A DNA stretch of 64,000 bases from an uncultured Actinomycetes bacterium (lineage in GTDB: Bacteria; Actinomycetota; UBA4738; HRBIN12), in the NCBI GenBank assembly GCA_963704725.1, contig OY969934.1, positions 1,664,001 to 1,728,000 of the forward strand, given 5' to 3'. Position 1 is the stretch's first letter, and every line of letters begins with the position of its first letter. The notes beneath the pieces are model-generated. The model had not been told where the DNA came from. It did no database searches and saw nothing but the letters and a program-made list of their open reading frames with translations. The position numbers and the translations under genes are program-made. Positions 27,078 through 38,241 of this stretch are shown here, one piece after another.

Positions 27078-27477
27078 GGAGGAGTCGGCCGGGCGGCCGC
27101 GGGCGGAAACGCTCGAGGAAAGTCCGGGCTCCGAAGGGCAGGGTGCTGGGTAACGCCCAGGCGGGGCGACCCGCGGAAAGCGCCACAGAGAACAGACCGC
27201 CGCGCGAGCGGTGAGGGTGAAACGGTGAGGTAAGAGCTCACCAGCGGACCGGGTGACCGGCCCGGCTCGGCAAGCCCCACCCGGAGCAAGGCCAAGCAGG
27301 GAGCGGTCGTCGGGCTCCGGCAGCGATGCCGCCCCGGCGAGAAGGACGGCCCGTCCGTGCTCCCGGGTCGGCCGCACGAGGGCGTCGGCCCCGGGGTCTC
27401 GTAAGGGACCCAGAGAGATGGTCGCCGGGCGGTCGCGAGACCGCCGCACAGAACCCGGCTTACAGGCCGGCTCCTCC
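27078..27477 (+). ncRNA. rnpB: RNase P RNA, bacterial type A
   Basis: GAGGAAAGTCCGGGCTCC, GAAAGCGCCACAGAGAACAGACCGC, GGGTGAAACGGTGAGGTAAGAGC, ACAGAACCCGGCTTAC; P1 GGAGGAGTCGGCC/GGCCGGCTCCTCC; -10 TATACT at 27065. Confidence 0.97.
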
Positions 27478-27485
27478 ACCTCGCG

Positions 27486-28385
27486 TCACGAGGCGGCCAG
27501 GATCTGCCAGCTCGGCGTGAACTCCTTGCCCTCGTCGCCCGTCAGCACGAGCTCCCCGGTCGCGTCGGCGTCGGCGGTGCACACGTTCATCGTCCGGTCG
27601 CGGATGCAGGTCCAGGCGATCCGCGTCCCGTCGGGCGACCAGACGGGGAAGACGTCGAGCCGCTCGTTGACCGTGAGCCGGGTCGGGCCGGAGCCGTCGG
27701 CGGCCATGACGAACAGCTCGTACTGGCGGTGGCCGCGAGTGCTGGCGAACAGGATCCGGGTCCCGTCGGGCGACCAGTCCGGATGCACGTCGGAAGCGCG
27801 GGACTCGGTGAGCCGCGTCAACACTCCGGTCGTCAGGTCCTTCACGTAGATGTCGAGGCTCCCGGCGCGGTCGGACATGAACAGCAGCTTCGTCCCGTCG
27901 GGTGAGTAGCTCCCGGACAGGTCGTCGCCCCGACGGTTCGTGAGGCGCTGCTCCACCCCGGTGACGACGTCGACGGTGTAGAGCTCGAAGTTCCCGTCCC
28001 GAAGGCTCGCGAGCACGATCGAGCCGCCGTCGGGGGCCCACGATTCCGGGAAGTCGGGGGCGTCGTTGAACGTGAGCTGCCGTACGTCGGAGCCGTCCGC
28101 GTTCATCAGGAACGCCTCGGGGTCTCCGTCGCGCAAGCTGGTGAAGGCGATGCGCGTCCCGTCGGGCGAGAAGCGGGCCTGGAAGTCGTCCGCCGGATCG
28201 TTCGTGAGCTGCGTCGGCTCCCCGCCGTCGGGGTCGATCGTGTACACGTCGAAGTCCCCGTCGGCGTTCGAGTCGAACGCGATGAGGCCGTTCGCCCCCG
28301 GGAACGTCGCCGACGCGGGGGTCGTCATCCCCGCCAAGAGACCGAGCACGAGGCCGGCGCGCGCCGGCCACCGGAACCACGCCAT
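27486..28385 (-). CDS. Secreted TolB-like (PD40) beta-propeller protein
   Basis: Signal peptide, ATFPGANGLIAF, repeated (W/F/Y)(S/A)PDG blades. Confidence 0.88.
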   Translation of the reverse strand: MAWFRWPARAGLVLGLLAGMTTPASATFPGANGLIAFDSNADGDFDVYTIDPDGGEPTQLTNDPADDFQARFSPDGTRIAFTSLRDGDPEAFLMNADGSDVRQLTFNDAPDFPESWAPDGGSIVLASLRDGNFELYTVDVVTGVEQRLTNRRGDDLSGSYSPDGTKLLFMSDRAGSLDIYVKDLTTGVLTRLTESRASDVHPDWSPDGTRILFASTRGHRQYELFVMAADGSGPTRLTVNERLDVFPVWSPDGTRIAWTCIRDRTMNVCTADADATGELVLTGDEGKEFTPSWQILAAS

Positions 28386-28453
28386 GAGAGCCCCCCTCCG
28401 CGGTCGGGGCCATCGTAGGCGCTCGCGGGGCCGGTGCGAAGCAGGAAGCCGGA

Positions 28454-29410
28454 TCAGCGGGCGAGGGCGGCGCCGGACTCGAGCGCCCGGCGGAGCTGCT
28501 TGCCGGCGTGATAGCTCGAGCGGACGAGCGGCCCCGCCTCGACGTGGGCGATCCCGAGCGACTCGCCGAGGCGCTTCCACTGCGCGAACTCGTCCGGGGC
28601 AACCCACCGGTCGACCGGGAGGTGGAAGGGCGTCGGCTGGAGGTACTGCCCCATCGTGAGGATCTCGGCACCCGAGCTCGCCACATCCTGGAGCGCCTGC
28701 GGGATCTCCTCCGGACGCTCGCCCATGCCGAGGATGAGGTTCGACTTGGTGACCTGACCGGCACGCAGGCGCTTCGCCGTCCGCAAGACGTCGAGCGTGC
28801 GGTCGTAGCCGAACGCCGGGCGGATCCGCTCGTGGAGGCGCCGAACCGTCTCCAGGTTGTGGGCGAACACGTCGGGCTCGGCCTCGACGACGGTGGCGAT
28901 GTCGCGCTCGCCCCCCTTGAAGTCGGTGGGCAGCACCTCGACGCCGCATCCCGGGACGGCCTCGCGCACGGCGCGGATCGTGGCCGCCCAGATCCGGGCG
29001 CCGCCGTCCTCCAGGTCGTCGCGGGCGACCCCGGTCACGACCACGAACCGCAGGCCCATGTCGCGAACGGCCTCGGCGACGCGGCGAGGCTCGTCCTCGT
29101 CCACGGGGTCGGGCTTGGCGGTCATGACGTCGCAGAAGCCGCACCGCCTCGTGCATCGGTCGCCGAGGATCAGGAACGTCGCCTCGCGCTCCTCCCAGCA
29201 CTCGCCGATGTTTGGGCACATCGCCTCCTCGCACACGGTGTGCAGGGAGCGCCCACGCATGATGCCCTTGAGCTCCGAGTAGTTCGGCCCGGTCTGCAGC
29301 TTCACCTTGAGCCACGGAGGCTTGCGATCGCCGTGGGGCGGTGCGCCGGCCGTCGAGACGATCGGCAGGTGGAGGCGGCGACGATGCGGGTTGTGGTCCC
29401 GGTCGGACAT
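28454..29410 (-). CDS. lipA: Lipoyl synthase
   Basis: [34 protein letters not shown]. Confidence 0.97.
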   Translation of the reverse strand: MSDRDHNPHRRRLHLPIVSTAGAPPHGDRKPPWLKVKLQTGPNYSELKGIMRGRSLHTVCEEAMCPNIGECWEEREATFLILGDRCTRRCGFCDVMTAKPDPVDEDEPRRVAEAVRDMGLRFVVVTGVARDDLEDGGARIWAATIRAVREAVPGCGVEVLPTDFKGGERDIATVVEAEPDVFAHNLETVRRLHERIRPAFGYDRTLDVLRTAKRLRAGQVTKSNLILGMGERPEEIPQALQDVASSGAEILTMGQYLQPTPFHLPVDRWVAPDEFAQWKRLGESLGIAHVEAGPLVRSSYHAGKQLRRALESGAALAR

Positions 29411-29420
29411 CCCGGGAAGT

Positions 29421-32400
29421 CTAGCCCGACCTCACCCCATCGACGGCCGGGCGGCCGCGTGCGAACGCTCGACGAGCGGATCCGCCGGTGTCCTCGGGGG
29501 GCTGACCGGGCAGGAACACGCGGAACGAGGCTCCCCCTCCCTCCCGCTCCTCGACCCAGGCGCGGCCGCCGTGCAGATCCGTGAACATCGCGACGAGCGA
29601 GAGCCCGATCCCCGTCCCGGGGGCATGGGGGGAGGCCGTCGGGCCCTGGCGGAAGGGTTCGAAGATCGCGGACTGCAGCTCCTCGGGCACACCGGGACCG
29701 TCGTCCTCGACGGCCAGGAACGCCCCGCCGCCACCGGCCCACACGCGGACGAAGATCGTGACGTCCGGACCCGTGTGCCGAACGGCGTTCATGACGAGGT
29801 TCTCCACGATCCGCTCCACCTTGGGTCCGTCCACGGGGACGACGACGGGCTCGGCCTCGACGGACACGAACCGGTCTCCGAGCTCCAGGGAGTCGACGGC
29901 CCCTCGGACGAGCGCGCCCACGTCGGTCGGCCGGAGCTGTGGCGTCACGTTCCCGCGCGAGAGTCGGTCGATGTCGAGCAGATCCTTCAGCAGCCGGTCG
30001 AGCTTGCGGGCGTTCTGCGCCACGCGCCGGGTGAGGTCGCGGCGATCCTCGGCGGAGAGCTGCTGCTGCTCGAGCGTGAGCGAGAGGCCGAGGATCGACG
30101 TCAGCGGACTGCGGAGCTCGTGTGAGACGGCGGCCAGGAACGTGTTCTTCATCTCGTCCAGGGCGCGAAGGCCCTCGGCGGCTTCGCGCTCGCGCCGCTC
30201 GCTGTCGCGGAGGGTCTGCTCCGCGAGCTTCCGCTCGGTGATGTCGAACATCACGCCCTGGACGAACAGCGGCGTGCCGTCCTCGTCGAGGACGAACGCG
30301 GTCTCGTCGTGCACCCAGGCCTCCCGGCCGTCCGGCGTCACGATGCGGTATTCGCCCTGCCACGACCGGCCCGCCTCGGCCGCCTCGAGGTAGCTCCGGC
30401 GCATCTCGTCGCGGAACTCGGGGGTCATCAGGTCGAGCCACAGGGCGGGCTCGTCGATGAAGCGCTGGGACGGCACGCCCATGATCTGCTGGATCTGCGG
30501 GCTCACGTAGACGGTCTTCATGGACTGGTCGGGGCGATCGACGTAGATCGCCGCGGGAACGTGCTCGACGATTGCCCGGTAGCGCGCCTCGGTCTCGCGA
30601 AGCTGCTCCTCGGCCTGCCGTCGCTCGGTGATGTCGAGCATCACCCCCTGCGAGAACAGGATGTTGCCCTCGGCATCGCGCACCACCGTCGCGTGGTCCG
30701 TGACCCACATCCAGCGTCCGTCCTTGGCCCGGAAGCGGTACTCGAGCACGAACGGGTCGCCGTCGCGGCCGTGCCGCTCGGCGGCGGCGAGCACCCGTTC
30801 GCGATCGTCGGGGTGGATGCCGTCGATCCACAGGTCGGGATCCGACGTCCACTCCCGCGGCATGTAGCCGAACAGGGCCTCGATCTGCGGGCTCACGTAC
30901 ATCTTCGTGTGCCGCTCGTCGACCGCGTCGACGTAGGTGACGGCCGGCATGCTCTCGACGAGCGAGCGGTACCGCTCCTCGGCCTCACGCAGGTGGTGCT
31001 CGGCCGTCTTCTGCGGCGTGATGTCGAACCGGATGCCCTGCCAGTACAGGGGGTTGCCGCCGTCGTCGCAGATCAGGGCGGCCTCGTCGTGGACCCAGAT
31101 CCACCGGCCGTCCCTGTGACGCTGCCGGTACTCGACGACGAACGGCTCGCCCGTGCGCTCGGCCCGCTCGTCGGCCTCCATGGCCCGGGCTCGATCGTCC
31201 TGATGGAGGGTCTGGAGCCAGCGCTCGTAGTCGGACTCGCCCCACTCCTGGACCGTGTAGCCGGTCAGCCGTTCGAGCTGCGGGCTCATGTATGTGAGCG
31301 GCGCGCCGGGACCGAGACCTTGGATGTAGGTCACGGCGGGGATCGTCTCGACGAGCTTGCGGTATCGGAGCTCGGCCTGGGTCCGAAGGGTCTCGGCCCG
31401 GGCCCGTCCGATGGCCGCCCCCAGGGTGTCGGCGGCGGCCTTCAGGGCGTCGACCTCCGGAGCCGGCCACTCGCGCTCGGTCTCGCAGTCGTCCAGCGCC
31501 AGGAACCCCCACCACTCGTCGCCCAGGAAGACCGGCACGAGGACGCGCGAGCGGACGCCGTCGTGCAGGGGCCCCGTCCGTTCCGCCGCGGGGAAGTCGC
31601 GGGTCCGACCCTGGAGCGTCCGTCCCGAGGAGAGGGCGGCCTGCCACCGGACGTGACCCTTGGCGTAGGGCGACGGCTCCTCGGCCTGCGGGAGCGGCAG
31701 GACGCCGTCGGCGACCCACTGGTGGCGCAGGCGCATCCCGACCTCGCCGCCCTCGAGGGTCTCGTTCTCGAACAGCGAGACCCGCCCGGACGCCGAAGCG
31801 CGACCGAGCCGTTCCAGGACCTCGGGCAGCACCGGCTGCCATTCATGGGCCTTGAGCAGTCGCTCGGCCGCGAACCCGGCCGCCTCGAGGACGGCGTCGC
31901 GCCGCGACAGCATCTCCTCGGCGATCTTGGCCTGCGTGACGTCGATGAGGACCCCCTGCCAGCGGTTGGGCGAACCGTCCTCGTGCCGCAGCAGGACGGC
32001 CTCGTCGCGGACCCAGACGACCCGGCCGTCCCGGCCCAGGAAGCGGTACTCGACCGAGAACGGATCGCCGGTGTCGTTCGTCCGCCGCGACTCCTCGAGC
32101 ACCCGCTCCCGGTCGTCGGGGTGCAGGTGGTCGATCCAGAACCTGGGATCGGCCGTCCTGGCTTCTGGCGGGTAGCCGAACATCTGCTCGTACTGCGGGC
32201 TGACGTAGATCGCCGTGCTCGTGTCGTCGACGGCGTCCTGGTACACGACGACGGGGAGCTGCTCGACGAGCGTCCGGTAGGTCTCCTCGGCCTCTCGAAG
32301 GCGAAGCTCGGCCTCCTTGCGCGCCGTGACGTCGATGCACACGCCCTGCCAGACGCTGCGGTCGAACGAGGGCCCGGGCTCCACGATCCGGGCGTCGTCG

Positions 32401-33341
32401 TGGATCCACACCACCCGGCCATCCTTGGCGATCATCCGGTACTCGAGGCTCCACGGTGCGCCCCGCCGCTCGCTCGCCGCGATCTCCTCGAGCGCGCGTT
32501 CGCGATCGTCCGGGTGCACGACGCGGTGCCACATCTGCGCGTCCCGGGTCCACTCGGCCTGCGAGTAGCCGAGGAGCCGCTCGATGCCCGGGGAGATGTA
32601 CCGCTGCCCCGGGTCGTCCCGGCGATCGTCGACGTAGGTCACGACGGGCATGTGCTCCACGAGCGATCGATAGCGCTCCTCAGCCTCGCGCACCTTGTCC
32701 TCGGCCGCCTTGCGATCGGTGATGTCGAACACCACGCCCTGGAACATCGGGTGCCCCCGCTCATCGCGGCCGACCGGTACCGCCTCGTCGCGCACCCAGA
32801 GCGTCCGTCCATCTCGAGTGGACATGCGGTACTCGGCGCGGAAGGGGGAGGAGGTCCGCTCGCACGCCTCCCACTCCGCCATCACCGGACCGACGTCGTC
32901 GGGGTGCATCAGCCGGGACCAGAGCAACGGGTCGTCGAACTCGTCCTGCCCGTAGCCGAGGAGCGAGCGCACCTGGGGGCTGACGTACGTGGCGGGGGCC
33001 TCACCGACGCGATACGTCGCGTCCCACGTGTACGTGACCGCCGGCATGTTCTCCACGAGCGCCCGGAACTGGGTCTCGGCGAGCTCGCGAGCGGCGGCCT
33101 CGCGCTGGGCCGAGCGCCACTGCAGGAGGCTGAACACGGCGAGCCCGACGGAGGCCAGGATCGGGGCGAGGATCACCTCGTCGACGGCTCCGTTGAACCG
33201 CTTCGTCAGCCAGTCCTGCGTTCCGGAGAAGACGTCGGTTGCGGCGCCGAACCAGAGCACGCCGGAAACGGCGAGCGAGATCAGCAGCAGATCCCGCAGC
33301 GCCCTCCACCCACGGCGAGGCCGACTCTCGGTGTCCTTCAT
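29421..33341 (-). CDS. Large sensor histidine kinase (2TM-PAS3-GAF-PAS3-HisKA-HATPase), orphan
   Basis: Six Y(V/I/M)SP...DIT-type PAS/PAC units, GAF (WWGFLALDD), [14 protein letters not shown]. Confidence 0.92.
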   Translation of the reverse strand: MKDTESRPRRGWRALRDLLLISLAVSGVLWFGAATDVFSGTQDWLTKRFNGAVDEVILAPILASVGLAVFSLLQWRSAQREAAARELAETQFRALVENMPAVTYTWDATYRVGEAPATYVSPQVRSLLGYGQDEFDDPLLWSRLMHPDDVGPVMAEWEACERTSSPFRAEYRMSTRDGRTLWVRDEAVPVGRDERGHPMFQGVVFDITDRKAAEDKVREAEERYRSLVEHMPVVTYVDDRRDDPGQRYISPGIERLLGYSQAEWTRDAQMWHRVVHPDDRERALEEIAASERRGAPWSLEYRMIAKDGRVVWIHDDARIVEPGPSFDRSVWQGVCIDVTARKEAELRLREAEETYRTLVEQLPVVVYQDAVDDTSTAIYVSPQYEQMFGYPPEARTADPRFWIDHLHPDDRERVLEESRRTNDTGDPFSVEYRFLGRDGRVVWVRDEAVLLRHEDGSPNRWQGVLIDVTQAKIAEEMLSRRDAVLEAAGFAAERLLKAHEWQPVLPEVLERLGRASASGRVSLFENETLEGGEVGMRLRHQWVADGVLPLPQAEEPSPYAKGHVRWQAALSSGRTLQGRTRDFPAAERTGPLHDGVRSRVLVPVFLGDEWWGFLALDDCETEREWPAPEVDALKAAADTLGAAIGRARAETLRTQAELRYRKLVETIPAVTYIQGLGPGAPLTYMSPQLERLTGYTVQEWGESDYERWLQTLHQDDRARAMEADERAERTGEPFVVEYRQRHRDGRWIWVHDEAALICDDGGNPLYWQGIRFDITPQKTAEHHLREAEERYRSLVESMPAVTYVDAVDERHTKMYVSPQIEALFGYMPREWTSDPDLWIDGIHPDDRERVLAAAERHGRDGDPFVLEYRFRAKDGRWMWVTDHATVVRDAEGNILFSQGVMLDITERRQAEEQLRETEARYRAIVEHVPAAIYVDRPDQSMKTVYVSPQIQQIMGVPSQRFIDEPALWLDLMTPEFRDEMRRSYLEAAEAGRSWQGEYRIVTPDGREAWVHDETAFVLDEDGTPLFVQGVMFDITERKLAEQTLRDSERREREAAEGLRALDEMKNTFLAAVSHELRSPLTSILGLSLTLEQQQLSAEDRRDLTRRVAQNARKLDRLLKDLLDIDRLSRGNVTPQLRPTDVGALVRGAVDSLELGDRFVSVEAEPVVVPVDGPKVERIVENLVMNAVRHTGPDVTIFVRVWAGGGGAFLAVEDDGPGVPEELQSAIFEPFRQGPTASPHAPGTGIGLSLVAMFTDLHGGRAWVEEREGGGASFRVFLPGQPPEDTGGSARRAFARGRPAVDGVRSG

Positions 33342-33364
33342 GGCATGCGAGCTCGTTGAATTGG

Positions 33365-33392
33365 TTATCGGCCGCTCGGGGGAGCACCTGAG
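33365..33392 (-). promoter_or_regulatory. Sigma28 (FliA/WhiG)-type promoter
   Basis: Minus strand CTCA-N16-GCCGATAA, 23 nt before the kinase ATG. Confidence 0.65.
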
Positions 33393-33429
33393 AGGAGGGC
33401 GGGGAGAGAGGAGGGGCCGGTCGAGCCCG

Positions 33430-34416
33430 TCAGAACCGGGCCAGCTCGAGCATCCGGTCGAAGATCCGGTCCACGTTCGGCATGAACGCGTGCTCGAGGT
33501 TGGAGGCGAACCCCATCGCCGGGACGTCCGGCCCGCCGATGCGAACGAGCGGGCCGTCCAGGTCGAACATGGCCTCCTCGGCGATCGTGGCCACGATCTC
33601 TGCACCGGCGCCGTACGTGCGGTTGTCCTCGTACACGACCATGGCCTTGCCCGTCTTGCGGACCGAGGCGAGGATCGTCTCCTTGTCCAGGGGGCTGATC
33701 GTCCGGACGTCCACCACCTCGGCGGACGCCCCCTCCTGGTCCTGGAGCCGCGAGGCGGCCTCCAGACAGTGGTGGAGCATGAGCCCGTAGGCGACGACGG
33801 TCAGGTCCGTGCCCTCGCGCTTGACGTCGGCGGGTCCGATCGGCACCTCGTACGGCTCGTCCGGGACCTCGCCCTTGATCAGCCGGTAGGCCCGCTTGTG
33901 CTCGAGGAACAGGACGGGGTCGGGGTCCTTGATGGCGGTCCGTAGGAGCCCGGCCGCGTCGTGGGGGGTCGACGGGATGACCACCTTGATCCCGGGGATG
34001 TGCCCGTAGAGGGCCTCGATCGACTGCGAGTGGTACAGCGCGCCGTGGACGCCGCCGCCGAACGGCGTGCGGATGACCATGGGAAGCCCGAAGTCGCCGT
34101 TGGTCCGGTAGCGCATCCGGGCGACCTCGGAGACCATCTGGTCGAACGCGGGGTGGATGAAGTCCGCGAACTCGATCTCGGCGACCGGGAGGAGGCCGTG
34201 CAGGGCCATCCCCACGGCCACGCCGATGATCCCGCCCTCGGCGAGCGGGGTGTCGATCACGCGCCGCTCACCGAACTCCTCGAGGAACCCCTGCGTGACC
34301 CGGAACACGCCGCCCCGAGCGCCGACGTCCTCTCCGAGCACGATGAGGCGCTCGTCGGCGGCCATCTGCTCGTGCAGGGTGTCGTGGATCGCGGTGACCA
34401 GGTTCTTCTCGGTCAC
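33430..34416 (-). CDS. 2-oxoacid dehydrogenase E1 beta (BCKDH-like)
   Basis: GEDVGARGGVFRVT, DTPLAE, EIEFADF, GGGVHGALYHSQS, FLEHK. Confidence 0.93.
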   Translation of the reverse strand: MTEKNLVTAIHDTLHEQMAADERLIVLGEDVGARGGVFRVTQGFLEEFGERRVIDTPLAEGGIIGVAVGMALHGLLPVAEIEFADFIHPAFDQMVSEVARMRYRTNGDFGLPMVIRTPFGGGVHGALYHSQSIEALYGHIPGIKVVIPSTPHDAAGLLRTAIKDPDPVLFLEHKRAYRLIKGEVPDEPYEVPIGPADVKREGTDLTVVAYGLMLHHCLEAASRLQDQEGASAEVVDVRTISPLDKETILASVRKTGKAMVVYEDNRTYGAGAEIVATIAEEAMFDLDGPLVRIGGPDVPAMGFASNLEHAFMPNVDRIFDRMLELARF

Positions 34417-34423
34417 GGACGGC

Positions 34424-35443
34424 TCACTCGGTCTCGGGCTCGAGGTAGAGGTGGCGCAGGAGGCTGTCGGGGTCGGGGTCGGCCGCGTTCCACGCCTCGT
34501 CGATCTGCCGGTCCACGTCGGCCTTGATCTCGGCGGTGATGCCCTCCACGGCCTCCTTCTGCATGACGCCGGCGTTCCGCAGGTAGTGCTCGAACAGGTG
34601 CAGGGGGTCGCGGTGCTTGGCCTCCTCGACCTCCTCCCGCGTCCGGTACGTCCGGTCGTCGTCGTCGGAGGTGTGCGGGAAGAACCGGTAGGTCTTCGCC
34701 TCGATCAGGGTCGGCCCCTCCCCGGCCCGGGCGCGCTCGACCGCGGTCTTCATCGCGCCGTAGCACGCGAGGACGTCGTTGCCGTCGACGACGACGCCGG
34801 GGAATCCGTACGCAGCACCGCGATCGGCCACGTCCTCGATCGCCATCTGCTTCTTCTGCGAGACCGAGATCGCGTACTGGTTGTTCTCGCACACCCAGAT
34901 CACGGGGAGCTTGTGGATCCCGGCGAAGTTCAGGCCCTCGTGCCAGGAGCCCTCGGACGTCGCGCCCTCGCCGAACCAGCACCCGACGACGGCGTCCTCC
35001 TCGCGATAGCGGATCGCGTACGCGACGCCGGCGGCGTGGGGGATCTGCGAGGCGATGGGGGAGGAGTGGCTGATGATCCCCAGGCGCCGCGAACCCCAGT
35101 GGCTCGGCATCTGCCGTCCGCCCGAGGAGGGGTCGTCGGCCTTGGCGAACAGCCCGAGGAAGATCTCGTACGGGGTCATGCCGGCGACGAGCACGACGGC
35201 CACGTCCCGGTAGTAGGGGAGCCAGATGTCCTGTCCCCGTCGGAGGGCCCATGCGGTGCCGACCTGGCAGCCCTCGTGCCCCGAGACGGGGACGACGAAC
35301 GGCGCCTTGCCCTGGCGGTTGAGCCGGAACGACGCCTCGTCGACGAGACGAGCCGTGAGCATCGTGCGGTAGATCGACAGGAGGTCGTCTTCGCCGAGGC
35401 CGAGGGCCTCGTGTGATGTGTCCGTCGTTACTCGGGTCGCCAC
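34424..35443 (-). CDS. 2-oxoacid dehydrogenase E1 alpha (Bacillus BkdAA-like)
   Basis: LPYYRD, DPSSGGRQMPSH, ThDP motif GEGATSEG...ENNQYAIS, HTSDDD; GTG start with GAGGAGG SD. Confidence 0.93.
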   Translation of the reverse strand: MATRVTTDTSHEALGLGEDDLLSIYRTMLTARLVDEASFRLNRQGKAPFVVPVSGHEGCQVGTAWALRRGQDIWLPYYRDVAVVLVAGMTPYEIFLGLFAKADDPSSGGRQMPSHWGSRRLGIISHSSPIASQIPHAAGVAYAIRYREEDAVVGCWFGEGATSEGSWHEGLNFAGIHKLPVIWVCENNQYAISVSQKKQMAIEDVADRGAAYGFPGVVVDGNDVLACYGAMKTAVERARAGEGPTLIEAKTYRFFPHTSDDDDRTYRTREEVEEAKHRDPLHLFEHYLRNAGVMQKEAVEGITAEIKADVDRQIDEAWNAADPDPDSLLRHLYLEPETE

Positions 35444-35517
35444 ACCACCCTCCTCGCGGGGCATCCTAGCATCGGGGTTGCGCTTCCCGACGACGCGCCG
35501 TTGGATACGCTCCGCGC

Positions 35518-36396
35518 ATGCGGGAGGGGACCCGGAGGGACCGCGCGCTCGCGCTCATCGAGGAGCTCTCATCCGACGGCCGCCGCCCGCTCGACCCCGG
35601 CGATCGCCTGGCCGACGTCGGGTTCGACTCCCTCGCGTTCGCCGAGCTGGCCGTGGCCCTGGAGCGCGAGACCGGCGTCGATCTCACTCCCGCCCGGATC
35701 GGCCACGACGACCGTGTCGCCGACGTCCTTCGGGCGGTCGAGTCCTCGGCGCCGCGACGCACGCCTCCCGCGCTGCCGCGCGGCATCGGGCGTGCGCAGC
35801 CGTTCTCGAAGACGGTGGGCGGACCGGTCCTGCGGTGGTGGTTCCGTCTGCGGGTCGTGGGGGCGCAGCGCCTCCCGAGCACCGGACCCTGCGTGCTGGC
35901 CATGAACCACGAGAGCGCCATGGACATCCCGATCATCGTCGCGGCGTGCCCCCGCCCGATCACGTTCATGGCGAAGAGGGAGCTGTTCAGGAACCCGGTC
36001 GTGTCCGCGACCCTCCTCGCGCTCGGCGGGTTCCGCGTGGACCGGGACCGGTTCGACCTGCCGGCCGTCGGGTCGGCGCTCGCCGCGCTCTCCAGAGGCG
36101 ACGTGCTCGGGATGTACCCGGAGGGGACCCGGTCGCCGGGCGAGCTCCGGCCGTTCCTGCACGGGGCGGCCTGGGTAGCGCTGCGGACGGGCGCTCCGCT
36201 CGTTCCCTGCTCGATCGCCGGGACCGAGCACGCCGGCCGGGCCTCACTTCCCGGCCGCGTCCGTGTTCGCGTCGAGTTCCACCATCCGATCGCCGTCGAG
36301 CCCGTCGAGGACCCTCTCGAGCGCCGGCTTCGAGCCGAGGCGCTCACCGCCGAGCTGCGAACCGCGGTCGAGAAGGGATACGCGGTCCCGCGGTGA
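35518..36396 (+). CDS. Acyl-carrier domain fused to PlsC-type lysophospholipid acyltransferase
   Basis: LADVGFDSLAFAEL phosphopantetheine site; NHESAMD, FRVDR and YPEGTRS blocks. Confidence 0.88.
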   Translation: MREGTRRDRALALIEELSSDGRRPLDPGDRLADVGFDSLAFAELAVALERETGVDLTPARIGHDDRVADVLRAVESSAPRRTPPALPRGIGRAQPFSKTVGGPVLRWWFRLRVVGAQRLPSTGPCVLAMNHESAMDIPIIVAACPRPITFMAKRELFRNPVVSATLLALGGFRVDRDRFDLPAVGSALAALSRGDVLGMYPEGTRSPGELRPFLHGAAWVALRTGAPLVPCSIAGTEHAGRASLPGRVRVRVEFHHPIAVEPVEDPLERRLRAEALTAELRTAVEKGYAVPR

Positions 36397-36424
36397 TGCC
36401 CCTCTCGCGGCGGACGCTCCTCGC

Positions 36425-37750
36425 TCAGGAGAAGCAGTCCGTGCGAAGCGGCAGGGGATCGGGAGGACGCGGTCGCATCGAGAAGTCGAAGTCGTAGGAG
36501 AGATCGGTCGCCGCTCGGTCGCGGTGCGTGAGCTGCGACAGTCCCCATGCGCGTTCGACGAAGCGAAGCACGCTCGAGAACTCGCCCCGTCGGTGGTCGA
36601 CCACGCCGGGCCTCGCGTAGGGGGAGATGACGAGGAGCGGGACGCGGATCCCGAGTCCGAAGCCGTCCACCTGCGGCGGGGGCACGTGATCGTAGAAGCC
36701 CCCGTAGTCGTCCCACGTCACGAAGATCGCGGTATCCCGCCACATGGGGCTGCGCATGATCGCGTCGATCACGCGCGTGGACCAGTTCTCGCCGAGGCAG
36801 AAGCTGTACTGCGGGTGCTCGGACACCTCGTATCGCGGCGCGATCCACGTGACGGGCGGCAGGCGGTCGGCTCGGATGTCGGCGAGCAGGTCGTCCACGG
36901 GCAGCACGTGACGCGACCATTGGTTCGTCTCCCGGATGTGCCGGATCGCCGAGTACGCGGACCAGATGTAGCCGAGCTGGTCGGGCTGGGCCGCGTAGTA
37001 GGCCCAGTCGATCCCCGCACTCGACAGGAGGTCGCCCTCGGTCGGGAAGTCGAAGCAGGGCGGCACCTGCTTCTCGTGGCCCTCGGAATCCACGACGGTC
37101 ACCGTCTGGCCGGCCGGCGCGTCGCAGCCGAACGTGTTGCTCGAACGGAACGCTCCGGTCCGCCGCGGGTTGTCGTGGGCGCCACCGGACTGCGCGGCGA
37201 TGGCGTAGAGGTGGTTGGGGAACGAGGGTCCCTGGGCGGAGGAGAAGAAGTTGTCGGCCAGCACGAACTCCCGGGCCCAGTGCCAGTAGTTCGGCAGCTG
37301 GGGCCGGCGGAGCTGCGTGTATGCCCACCGGTCGGAGACGGCGCCCTGGTTGAACCCGTCCATCTCCCCGTGGTTCCAGGCCGCGAGCGAGCACGTGTAG
37401 CAATGGGGGATGTCCTCGGAGCCGATGCTCCCGTCCGTTCCGGGCGCGAGCGGACGTCGGACGCCGTGGTCCAGGCCGGACGTGGCGCCGTCCGCCCCGG
37501 GGAAGGTCCCGAACAGGTTGTCGAACGTGCGGTTCTCCTTGATCAGGAAGACCACGTGCTCGATCGGCCAGGGGGCCTCGCGCCGGCTCGGTTGTTCGGA
37601 CGGCCCCGGGGAGAGCGCGGACGGAGGGAGGGTAGGCCGCGCGTGGCCGGGGGCCGCCGGTGCGGCGCTCTCACACGCCGCGGCGACGAGGGCCAGCGCG
37701 ACGGCGCTCGCGACGGCCGCGCGGCGAGACGATGAGCGGTGCCTCCCCAT
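36425..37750 (-). CDS. Phospholipase C/acid phosphoesterase family lipoprotein
   Basis: Lipobox [24 protein letters not shown]...[35 protein letters not shown]. Confidence 0.9.
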   Translation of the reverse strand: MGRHRSSSRRAAVASAVALALVAAACESAAPAAPGHARPTLPPSALSPGPSEQPSRREAPWPIEHVVFLIKENRTFDNLFGTFPGADGATSGLDHGVRRPLAPGTDGSIGSEDIPHCYTCSLAAWNHGEMDGFNQGAVSDRWAYTQLRRPQLPNYWHWAREFVLADNFFSSAQGPSFPNHLYAIAAQSGGAHDNPRRTGAFRSSNTFGCDAPAGQTVTVVDSEGHEKQVPPCFDFPTEGDLLSSAGIDWAYYAAQPDQLGYIWSAYSAIRHIRETNQWSRHVLPVDDLLADIRADRLPPVTWIAPRYEVSEHPQYSFCLGENWSTRVIDAIMRSPMWRDTAIFVTWDDYGGFYDHVPPPQVDGFGLGIRVPLLVISPYARPGVVDHRRGEFSSVLRFVERAWGLSQLTHRDRAATDLSYDFDFSMRPRPPDPLPLRTDCFS

Positions 37751-37961
37751 CGCGATTCAGACTCGGCGAGGCCCAGGAGCGTTCCGAATGACCGTGGGAG
37801 CCGCCCGCGTGCATCCCGAGCATCATCAACGGGCACGCCAGGGCGATCCCGAGGACGACGAGGCTCTGCACGGGCACGTGGAAGATTGCGACGGCGGCGA
37901 AGGCTCCGAGGGCCGCGAGCACGGCGACGAGTCGGAGGCGAGCCCCGTTTACGCCGCTCAT
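37671..37961 (-). CDS. DUF2933-like small membrane protein
   Basis: Two TMs, [11 protein letters not shown]...HGH; C-terminus runs 80 nt into the next gene. Confidence 0.75.
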   Translation of the reverse strand: MSGVNGARLRLVAVLAALGAFAAVAIFHVPVQSLVVLGIALACPLMMLGMHAGGSHGHSERSWASPSLNRDGEAPLIVSPRGRRERRRAGPRRRGV

Positions 37962-38233
37962 CGATCCCTCTCCTCCGGCGTCGCGCGCGGGTCCTTCCCG
38001 GAACGGAGCACCCTTCGGCGCTCGATGAGCTCCTGCTCGGAGATCTCGCCGCGTGCGAACCGCTCCTCGAGGATGCGTTCGGGATCCGGGCCGTGCGCCT
38101 GCGGCGAGGATCCCTCCGGTGGCCGGCGATCGGACCATCGAACGATCCACACGACGATGCCGACCAGGAGCGCCCACGACGCGACCATCCAGAGCAGGCC
38201 CCACCCACCGTCGTGCCACCCGTACGGCATCAC
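37958..38233 (-). CDS. SHOCT domain membrane protein
   Basis: TM then PERILEERFARGEISEQE. Confidence 0.85.
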   Translation of the reverse strand: MMPYGWHDGGWGLLWMVASWALLVGIVVWIVRWSDRRPPEGSSPQAHGPDPERILEERFARGEISEQELIERRRVLRSGKDPRATPEERDR

Positions 38234-38241
38234 CGGGGTTC

